From: Acidimicrobiia bacterium
GTDB lineage: Bacteria > Actinomycetota > Acidimicrobiia > IMCC26256 > JACPCJ01
Direction of reading: 5' to 3'
Assembly (NCBI GenBank): GCA_035293045.1
Contig: DATDOY010000034.1
Coordinates: 4,006 to 68,005 of the forward strand
Length of the DNA: 64,000 nucleotides
Part shown: positions 39,382 to 45,950 of the stretch, in pieces
How positions within the stretch are numbered: the stretch's first letter is position 1
Layout of the letters: the number at the start of each line of letters is the position of its first letter
Position numbers and translations under genes: made by a program
The notes under the pieces: generated by a model
What the model saw: only the letters and a program-made list of their open reading frames with translations
Database searches by the model: none
Told to the model about the DNA's origin: nothing

Positions 39382-40386
39382 CTACCCCCCGCTCGTCGGG
39401 GTGGCGGCGGTGGTATCGGTGGTCTCCCCGCCTTCTGTCGGCGTGGTTGCCGGATCGCCGGTCTCGGCACCCTCGGGAGCCGCGTCGGCCGGGGCGTCGG
39501 TCGGGAAGGTCGTCGGCGTCGTCGTCCCCTGAAAATCGGGGTGCTTGGGCGGCACGTAGCTCTCCGCCATGTGCGACACGGACGGCGGGAGGGTGTCGGT
39601 GAAGTCGGCCTTGGCCGGAAGGAAGGCGATGGCGACGACGTCCCCGTTGCCAGCCACGAAGTTCGCTGGGTTGCCCTCCTGCTCCTCGCCGTTCAGCGCC
39701 CAGCGAAGCACGGCGTCCTTCTTGTCTTTGCCCTCGCCGCACTGGACCTCGCCGCTCTTGTACGTCTCGCCGTCGGAGTACTTGAGTCGGTTGGCGGTGA
39801 TCTCGAGACCGGCGCGATCGAAGAAGAGGCCGAGCGTGGCGTTCTTGCCCGCCGCCGACGTCGACGCCGGGTGGATGTGGAGAAGCCCGTCGCCGTGGGT
39901 GTGGAAGTCGCTCTCGAACTGGCCCACCGGCGGCAGCCATGAGCCGCAGATGTTGACACCGTACGCCGTATGCCAGTGGTCCCCGGCCGCGAAGTCCGGA
40001 CCTGACTGCACGCGCGCGACCTCGGCGCCGGCCTTCACCTTCTGGTTCGGCGCAGCGCCGAGGGCGGTGACCACGCCGTCGATCGGGGAGGTGATCTTCG
40101 TGGCCTTGCCGTCGGCCGTCAGCTCGATGAGGACGTCGCCCTTCTCCACGCGGTCGAACGGAGCGACGTCGACTTTGGAAACCGAAATGGTCTTGGCCGT
40201 CAGCTCGGGAACCTTCACCGATCGCGCGATCTCGCCGAGGGCCGACTCGCCGCGGCTCACGACAACGCCGAGGACTCCAAGGGCCATGATCGTGAAGACG
40301 GTCGCCCACCAGCCGACGTTGACTTGACGGCCTCCCCGGCCGGGGCGACGGCGCCGCGTGGGAGGAGCGAGCTTCTTGCGAGCCAT
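39382..40386 (-). CDS. Membrane-anchored exported protein: lipoyl/biotinyl-like barrel, His-rich domain and Thr/Pro-rich tail
   Basis: 334 aa with a basic N-tail and TM (WWATVFTIMALGVLGVVV). The segment VEKGDVLIELTADGKATKITSPIDGVV is barrel-sandwich-hybrid-like. It continues with HWHTAYGVNICGSW...FHTHGDGLLHIHP and a C-terminal TTPTTFPTDAPADAAPEG... tail. Confidence 0.6.
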   Translation of the reverse strand: MARKKLAPPTRRRRPGRGGRQVNVGWWATVFTIMALGVLGVVVSRGESALGEIARSVKVPELTAKTISVSKVDVAPFDRVEKGDVLIELTADGKATKITSPIDGVVTALGAAPNQKVKAGAEVARVQSGPDFAAGDHWHTAYGVNICGSWLPPVGQFESDFHTHGDGLLHIHPASTSAAGKNATLGLFFDRAGLEITANRLKYSDGETYKSGEVQCGEGKDKKDAVLRWALNGEEQEGNPANFVAGNGDVVAIAFLPAKADFTDTLPPSVSHMAESYVPPKHPDFQGTTTPTTFPTDAPADAAPEGAETGDPATTPTEGGETTDTTAATPTSGG

Positions 40387-40404
40387 GGCTGGGCAGGCTA
40401 CTCC

Positions 40405-41277
40405 CTACGCGCGCGGCGCCTGGGACCGCGCGCGGAGGGCGTGCGCGGCCATGGCGGCAAGCGCCCGAAGCGTCAGATATCCCGCGGCGGGGACGAGCAG
40501 GACGCGCCGGAATCCTCGCCACCGTTTGGCGGCGAACCGCAGCAGCGAGCGGTGGTGGGCCGCCAGCATCCGGTAGGGACGCTGGGCCGTCGACGTTCCC
40601 TGCACATGCTCCACGCGCCCCGCGGGCTCGTAGACGATCCGCCATCCCGCCTGCCGGAGCCGCCAGCACACGTCGACGTCCTCGACGTACATGAAGTAGC
40701 CCTCGTCCCAGCCGCCGATCTCGTCGAGCGCCGACCGCCGCAGCCACATGGCCGCGCCGGACACCCAATCGACGTTGCGCCGCACGCCGGGATCCACATC
40801 GGTCTGGCGGTAGCGGCGCGTGAACGGGTTGCCCGCCCACACGAGCCCGAACGCCCCGTGGCCGATGGCGTCGAGCGTCGACGGAACCGAGCGGGCCGAG
40901 GGGTACGTGGTGCCGTCGGGGTTGAGCACCCGTGGCCCGGCGGCTGCCACCGACGGGTCATCGAACACCGCGGCGAGCGCGAAGCCGGTCCCGGAGCTGA
41001 CGCGGGTGTCGGGGTTGAGAACCGCCACCACCTCGGTGTCGGTGTGACCGATCCCGAGATTCGCACCGGCGGCATATCCCGCGTTGGCTTCCGCCCGCAC
41101 GACGGCAACCGGGAGGTCGTGCGCGTTCGCGACGGCCTCGAGCGCGTCGACCGACCCGTCGCTCGACGCGTTGTCGACAACCACCACTTCGTGTGCGCCG
41201 TCGTCGACGAGCGAGCGCACGCTCTCGAGCAACAGGTCTCCGGCGTTGTGGTTCACGACGACCGCCGACCACTTCAC
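40405..41277 (-). CDS. Family-2 glycosyltransferase, WbbL-like rhamnosyltransferase
   Basis: VKWSAVVVNHNAGDLL...VVVVDNASSDGS...MYVEDVDVCWR. Start taken at GTG 41277. An alternative ATG at 41316 would overlap the upstream gene. Confidence 0.8.
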   Translation of the reverse strand: MKWSAVVVNHNAGDLLLESVRSLVDDGAHEVVVVDNASSDGSVDALEAVANAHDLPVAVVRAEANAGYAAGANLGIGHTDTEVVAVLNPDTRVSSGTGFALAAVFDDPSVAAAGPRVLNPDGTTYPSARSVPSTLDAIGHGAFGLVWAGNPFTRRYRQTDVDPGVRRNVDWVSGAAMWLRRSALDEIGGWDEGYFMYVEDVDVCWRLRQAGWRIVYEPAGRVEHVQGTSTAQRPYRMLAAHHRSLLRFAAKRWRGFRRVLLVPAAGYLTLRALAAMAAHALRARSQAPRA

Positions 41278-41296
41278 GGTTGCGCCCGCGACCTCG

Positions 41297-42424
41297 CTAC
41301 CCGGCGAGCTCGGCATACACATCCCACGTCTTACGCGCCGTCTCGTCCCACGTGAACGTTGCGGCGCGCTGACGTCCGGCCGCCGACATTTCCTTGGCCA
41401 CGGCGTCGTCGTCGAGGATGCGCGCCACCGCACCCGCGAGCGCGTGGTGATCGAGGGGATCGACGAGCGCGCCGGCGTCGCCGACACATTCCGGGAGCGC
41501 CGACTGATTGGACGTCACGACCGGGGTTCCGCAGGCCATCGCCTCGATCACGGGGAACCCGAACCCTTCGTACAGCGACGGGAAGACGAAGACCTCGGCC
41601 CGGGCGTACATCGCGGCGAGCACCCCAAGGCTCAACGTCCCTTCGCTCACGACGGTGCGCCCACCAAGGCCGCGCGCCGCAATGCCTTCGGCGAGCTCCG
41701 ACCCGAGCCACCCGTGCGGCCCATGCAGCACCAGGGTCAAGTCGGGGTGGTCGCCAGCGACGCCGGCGAACGCGTCGAGGACGGCGTGGACGTTCTTGCG
41801 TTGCTCCTGGGTGCCGATCCAGAGCAGGTAGGGCGGGCGCACCCCTCGCTCGTCGAGCTCCGCGATGGCTCGCTCGTCTTCGCCCGGGCTCGGCGGCATC
41901 TCCACGCCGTGGGGCACCACGCGTAGCCGAGCGGGATCGACGTCGAGGAGCGCTTCGACCTCGACCGCGGTGGCCCAGGACGGGCACACGATGCGCTCGG
42001 CCTCGCGAACGGCGAGGAGGGCCCCGCGCTTGAGCGTCACGCGCGCCTGAGCCGAATAGCGCTCCGGGTATCGCAACGGAGCGAGGTCGTGGATCGTCGC
42101 GACCAGGCGGGCCTTGCCGCGAGGAGGGACGGCCGGTCCGGGCGCGTGGATGACGTCGAGGTCACCGCACACCGATTGCGGGAAGGGTCGATGCGCCTCG
42201 CGCCAGGACCGGTAGAGCGAATCGCGATCGAGGCCGAAAGCGCAGCGCTCCATCGGCAAGCGCGCGACCGAATCGGGGAGCCGCTCATGGGACGCGTGGA
42301 ACAGCACGGTGGATGGTGCCCGACCGGTGTCTGCGAGCCCGCGACACAACGCGAGTGTGTAGATCCCGACACCGCTCGGCACCCGCTGGAACAGCGGCTC
42401 GGCGTTGATCCCGACCCGCATCAT
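41297..42424 (-). CDS. Family-4 (GT-B, group 1) glycosyltransferase
   Basis: 375 aa. The C-terminal half contains FVFPSLYEGFGFPVIEAMACGTPVV (EX7E region). Confidence 0.85.
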   Translation of the reverse strand: MMRVGINAEPLFQRVPSGVGIYTLALCRGLADTGRAPSTVLFHASHERLPDSVARLPMERCAFGLDRDSLYRSWREAHRPFPQSVCGDLDVIHAPGPAVPPRGKARLVATIHDLAPLRYPERYSAQARVTLKRGALLAVREAERIVCPSWATAVEVEALLDVDPARLRVVPHGVEMPPSPGEDERAIAELDERGVRPPYLLWIGTQEQRKNVHAVLDAFAGVAGDHPDLTLVLHGPHGWLGSELAEGIAARGLGGRTVVSEGTLSLGVLAAMYARAEVFVFPSLYEGFGFPVIEAMACGTPVVTSNQSALPECVGDAGALVDPLDHHALAGAVARILDDDAVAKEMSAAGRQRAATFTWDETARKTWDVYAELAG

Positions 42425-43299
42425 CCCTCCCCGCGGAGCGCCATCAGTTCCTTGACGCGCTCGTCGACCGCCTCGCGGAGCGGCCGCAGCGGATCGACAC
42501 CGGCCTCGTCGAGACGCACGCTCACCAGGGTGCTGTCGGGGGGTCGCGGGGCCGGACGGCCGAGATCGGCAATCGAGAGGCGCTCGACCTCGACGTCGTG
42601 CACGCCGGCGGCGTCGAGCACCATGGCCGACAGCTCAAGCGGCGAGCAGGTGCCCTCGTTGGTGACGTGAAACAGTCCTTCGATGCCGCGCACCGCCATG
42701 GTGGACAGCGCGGCGGCGAGATCGCCGGCGTGCGTCGGCGAACCCCGCTGGTCATCGACCATCCGGAGCGGTTCGCCCTTGAGGCCGCGATCGAGGATCA
42801 CCTCGATGAGGCTCCGCCCGATCGTGCCGAACACCCATGCGGTTCGGGCGATGACGAAGCGACCGTCGGCGGCTTCCACCGCCTCTTCGCCCGCGAGCTT
42901 CGAACGGCCGTAGACCGAGCGGGGCCCGGGTGCGTCACGCTCGTCGTACGGCGTGCCCTTGTCACCCGAGAACACGTAGTCCGTCGACACATGAATGAAG
43001 AGCGCTCCGCGGGCAGCGCATTCCTCGGCAAGCACACCGACGCCCGTCGCATTCACGCTCATGGCGCCCTCGACGTCGGTCTCCGCCTGGTCGACGGCGT
43101 TGTACGCGGCACAGTTGACGACCACGTCGGGGTGCGTGGCGGCCACCGCCTCGCGAATCGAGTCGGGGCGGGCGAGATCGAGGGTCTCGCGGCCCGCCGC
43201 GACAACGTCGTCAACGCCGCACGCACGGAGGTGGGCCGGCATCTCGGTGCCGAGCTGACCGGCCGCCCCGGTGACGAGCACCTTCATCCCATCGGGCAC
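42421..43299 (-). CDS. rmlD: dTDP-4-dehydrorhamnose reductase
   Basis: MKVLVTGAAGQLG...STDYVFSG. The ORF begins at GTG 43299, and a homology-like start ATG is at 43287. The stop overlaps the GT4 start (ATGA). Confidence 0.88.
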   Translation of the reverse strand: MPDGMKVLVTGAAGQLGTEMPAHLRACGVDDVVAAGRETLDLARPDSIREAVAATHPDVVVNCAAYNAVDQAETDVEGAMSVNATGVGVLAEECAARGALFIHVSTDYVFSGDKGTPYDERDAPGPRSVYGRSKLAGEEAVEAADGRFVIARTAWVFGTIGRSLIEVILDRGLKGEPLRMVDDQRGSPTHAGDLAAALSTMAVRGIEGLFHVTNEGTCSPLELSAMVLDAAGVHDVEVERLSIADLGRPAPRPPDSTLVSVRLDEAGVDPLRPLREAVDERVKELMALRGEG

Positions 43300-43303
43300 G
43301 CGA

Positions 43304-44314
43304 TCATCGGGCTCGCCCGGCCCACGCCGCTTCGTCGATCGGGCCCCTCGCTTTGAGCGGTTCCCACCAGTCCCGACGATCCGCGTACCACTCGACCGTC
43401 GCCTTCATTCCGTCCTCGAACGGAATCTCCGGCGCCCACCCCAACTGAGACTGCAGCTTGGTGGAGTCGAGGAGGTACCGCCGGTCGTGTCCGGGGCGGT
43501 CAGGGACGATCTCCTTGAGCGAGGCCGGTTTCCCGAGCGCGCCGAGCACCGCGTCGGCGATCTCCTCGATGCTCTTCTCGACGCCCGTCCCGACGTTGTA
43601 GGTCTCCCCCACCGTGCCCTTGTCGATGACGGCTTCGATCCCGCGACAGTGGTCGAGCACGTGCACCCATTCACGTCGGTTCTGGGTCGATGCATACAAC
43701 GGGAGCGGCAAGTCGTCGAGCGCATTCGTGGTGAACAACGGAACGACCTTCTCGGGGAACTGATATGGGCCGTAGTTGTTTCCGCCGTTGGTGATGGTGA
43801 TCGGAAGCCCGTACGTCTCGTGATACGCGCGCACGGCGTGGTCCCCGGCCGCCTTCGACGCGTTGTACGGCGTGCGCGGCCGGTAGGGCGAATCCTCCCG
43901 GAAGACATCGGAAGAGTCGAGGGCGAGGTCGCCGTAGACCTCGCAGGTGGAGATGTGGTGGAAACGGCCGACGCCCACGCGACGCGCGGCCTCGAGCAGC
44001 GTCTGGGTGCCGAGGGCGTTGGTGCGAAAGAACAGCCCCGGATCCACCACCGCCAGGCTGTTGTGCGACTCCGCGGCAAAGTTGACGACGACGTCGACGG
44101 AGTGCTCGGCGAGGAGCGCCTCCATCAGCTCGAGGTCTCCGATGTCTCCCTCGACGAACACGATCCGATCTTCGACATCGATGAGATTGGCGCGGTTGCC
44201 GGCGTAGGTCAGCTTGTCGAGGGCAACCACCGAGTCGCCGGGATGGCCCTCGAGCCAGAAGCGCACGAAGTTGGAACCGATGAACCCGGCCGCGCCGGTC
44301 ACGAGTACATGCAT
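43304..44314 (-). CDS. rmlB: dTDP-glucose 4,6-dehydratase
   Basis: 336 aa: MHVLVTGAAGFIGSNFVR...YNASKAAGDH (YxxxK). Typical length. Confidence 0.93.
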   Translation of the reverse strand: MHVLVTGAAGFIGSNFVRFWLEGHPGDSVVALDKLTYAGNRANLIDVEDRIVFVEGDIGDLELMEALLAEHSVDVVVNFAAESHNSLAVVDPGLFFRTNALGTQTLLEAARRVGVGRFHHISTCEVYGDLALDSSDVFREDSPYRPRTPYNASKAAGDHAVRAYHETYGLPITITNGGNNYGPYQFPEKVVPLFTTNALDDLPLPLYASTQNRREWVHVLDHCRGIEAVIDKGTVGETYNVGTGVEKSIEEIADAVLGALGKPASLKEIVPDRPGHDRRYLLDSTKLQSQLGWAPEIPFEDGMKATVEWYADRRDWWEPLKARGPIDEAAWAGRAR

Positions 44315-44367
44315 GGGGATTCAGCGTAGGACGAGGCTTCCGCTCGCGCCGAAGGGGCGCCTGCCTA

Positions 44368-44407
44368 CGGGATGCTGAGGCCGCGGGTTCAAATCCCGCC
44401 GTCCCGA
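44368..44407 (+). other. tRNA-Pro-like acceptor/T-arm minihelix (truncated tRNA remnant, not a functional cloverleaf)
   Basis: CGGGATG-CTGAGGCC-GCGGG-TTCAAAT-CCCGC-CGTCCCG-A. It has a 7-bp acceptor-like stem (one G-U), a perfect T-arm with a TTCAAAT loop, a C1-G72 pair and discriminator A, as in bacterial tRNA-Pro. There are no D or anticodon arms. Confidence 0.45.
44383..44404 (+). repeat. Left copy of the 22-nt perfect direct repeat GCGGGTTCAAATCCCGCCGTCC
   Basis: Identical 22-mer at 45830-45851. Coordinates were checked against the reading frames of ORFs 44421.. and 45797... Confidence 0.9.
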
Positions 44408-44449
44408 CTCAGGGTCAACGTTGCGGACGCCTGAAACGAAGCCGCGCCC

Positions 44450-45504
44450 TCACACGGCGCACCCCACAACAACCCGGCCGTCGCAGTTGTTTGGCGTGTT
44501 CCCTGAGAAGTCGACGCCTAGAGCCACCGCGATCCCGCGGTTGTGCATCCCGCCGCCCCCGAAGGCCGCGTTGCCGCTCACGCTCCCCCCCTCATGGTCA
44601 AGACGCCAAGGTCCTGGTTGAGGATGCCGCCGCCGTTGGCCTCGGCGGTGTTCTCGATCACCTGGCTGTTCTCGAGGTCCACGATGCCCGCGTTGTAGAT
44701 GCCTCCGCCCTCGTAGACACCCCAAGGACCGGCGGCGGGCGTACCGGCGGAGTTCCCGCTCACGGTGCTGTCGATCAGCGTCACGGTGCCGTGGTTGCGG
44801 ATGCCGCCGCCAAAATGGGCGGTGTTCCCGCTCACGGTGCTGTCGATCAGCGTCACGGTGCCCCCAACCAAGTTGAAGATGCCGCCGCCCGAGTTGGCGG
44901 CGTTCCCGCTCACCGTGCTGTCGATCAGCGTCACCGTGCCGCGGTCATTGGAGATGCCGCCGCCCGCGTCGGCGGCGTTCCCGCTCACGGTGCTGTCGAT
45001 CAGCGTCACGGTGCCGCCAGCCAAGTTGAAGATGCCGCCGCCCTGGGACAAGAAGTCTGAGATGAGGCCTCCTGAGATCGTGGTGTTCGAGAGACGGAGA
45101 CTTCCGGGGCCACGCACCAAGAAGATGCCGAACTCTGTGGCGGTGGGGCTGCGGACGATCGTTGACCCTCCTCCGTTGATGGTGATGGGGCGCTCGACCA
45201 CTGGCAGGCCGAGGGGTCCGAAGAGAAAGGTGGTGGGCCCCGTGAGCGTGTAGGTGCAGCTGGGTTGGCTGTCGGCGTTCAGGTTGATCACCGTCGGACC
45301 AGCTGTCGCCCCCATCGCGTCGATGAGTCCCCCTACCTCCTCGCACCCAAGGTCGATTTCGACCACACCGTCTGCCCGCGCGGGAAGAGGAAGCAAGAGC
45401 AGCCCTACGACGCCGATGGCCATCGCAAGAGCCACGCCGGGTCGTCGGCTTCCGTCGCGAAGGGCGCCAAGGGCCCAGCCCCTGCGCCCGCGAGTGATGC
45501 TCAT
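44450..45504 (-). pseudogene. Secreted right-handed beta-helix repeat protein (PMP/choice-of-anchor-type GGGI..N/TVSGN repeats), frame broken at a G7 run
   Basis: ORF 44578..45504 has a signal peptide then repeats GGGIFNLAGGTVTLIDSTVSGNAA.... It stops just after a homopolymer (C7 on the plus strand, 44585-44591). The repeat continues in ORF 44450..44725 (..GGSVSGNAAFGGGGMHNRG..). One extra G would fuse them into about 351 aa. Confidence 0.7.
44752..45015. repeat. Four tandem copies (72-78 bp period) of a 39-bp near-identical core inside the beta-helix gene
   Basis: GTTCCCGCTCACGGTGCTGTCGATCAGCGTCACGGTGCC occurs at 44752, 44824 and 44977 identically. The copy at 44902 has 2 substitutions. Confidence 0.9.
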
Positions 45505-45829
45505 AGCCCCTCCAGCCGCGACGAGACACGGAAGCGCCGGTCGATGCTTCTATGTCTTTCTACGTCGAAGGCGGGGCTGCATGCGCGATCAGCCGAGAAA
45601 CACCCGCAGGTAGTCGGAAGCCTTCAGGACATCGTTCAGTGATTCACGAAGCTTCGAACCTTCACGACATCGTTCAGCCTCCGATGTCGTAGTAGAGGCC
45701 GCGGCGTGCCGATCTCGCGCTGGCGGTCGTCCGCTTCGCGGGCCGTTATGCCTGGGGCCAGATGAAGCCGATAGGCGCCCCGGCCTGCGGGTTTGCGTGT
45801 CCGACGCCGTGAGGGACCGGAGGTGGTCA

Positions 45830-45851
45830 GCGGGTTCAAATCCCGCCGTCC
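45830..45851 (+). repeat. Right copy of the 22-nt perfect direct repeat (tRNA T-arm plus acceptor fragment)
   Basis: GCGGGTTCAAATCCCGCCGTCC. No matching 5' acceptor strand, D arm or anticodon arm lies upstream. Confidence 0.9.
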
Positions 45852-45914
45852 GAGACGATCCGCGGCGGCTCGGTCCGCCTCCGTCGTTGCCTGTGCGTAG
45901 ACGGTCAAGGTCAG

Positions 45915-45933
45915 CCGTAGGGATCGCCTACGG
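45915..45933 (-). terminator. Hairpin downstream of the LCP gene
   Basis: CCGTAGG-GATCG-CCTACGG has a 7-bp stem and lies 18 nt after the LCP stop codon. It is homologous to the arms of a longer hairpin at 44321-44371. Confidence 0.4.
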
Positions 45934-45950
45934 GTGCGAGTCAGAACCCG

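Noticed and set aside
37234-40840. Long N-terminal extensions of the epimerase (ORFs 37234..38391 and 37341..38501) and of the nucleotidyltransferase (38279..40840, 853 aa).
   Set aside because: The extensions are Arg/Gly/Pro-rich shadow sequence overlapping upstream genes. Family homology starts at GTG 38282 and ATG 39370 respectively, both consistent with 4-nt or short-gap coupling.
44320-44410. Possible intact tRNA (or tRNA-Sec/type II tRNA) just upstream of rmlB.
   Set aside because: The T-arm and 3' acceptor strand are perfect. However, I could not place a D arm or an anticodon stem-loop, and the only complementary 5' acceptor strand lies 8 nt before the T-stem. It is kept only as a truncated tRNA-like minihelix. 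A tRNA scanner should confirm this.
44752-45015. Regularly spaced repeats, considered as a CRISPR array.
   Set aside because: The units lie inside an ORF, encode the rungs of a beta-helix protein, have variable 72-78 bp periods with conserved spacers, and no cas genes are nearby.
44383-45851. tmRNA (ssrA), considered because GCGGGTTCAA.TCCCGCC resembles the tmRNA 3' T-arm and smpB-ssrA often follows ftsX in actinobacteria.
   Set aside because: No GGGG...5' acceptor partner, pseudoknots or tag-peptide reading frame exist at the right distance. The interval between the two copies is a protein-coding gene.
45636-45908. 90-aa minus-strand ORF in the islet's non-coding part.
   Set aside because: It runs antisense across the tRNA-like repeat, has no RBS, has an Arg-rich composition and matches no recognisable motif. 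I checked for a tyrosine-recombinase C-terminus and found none.
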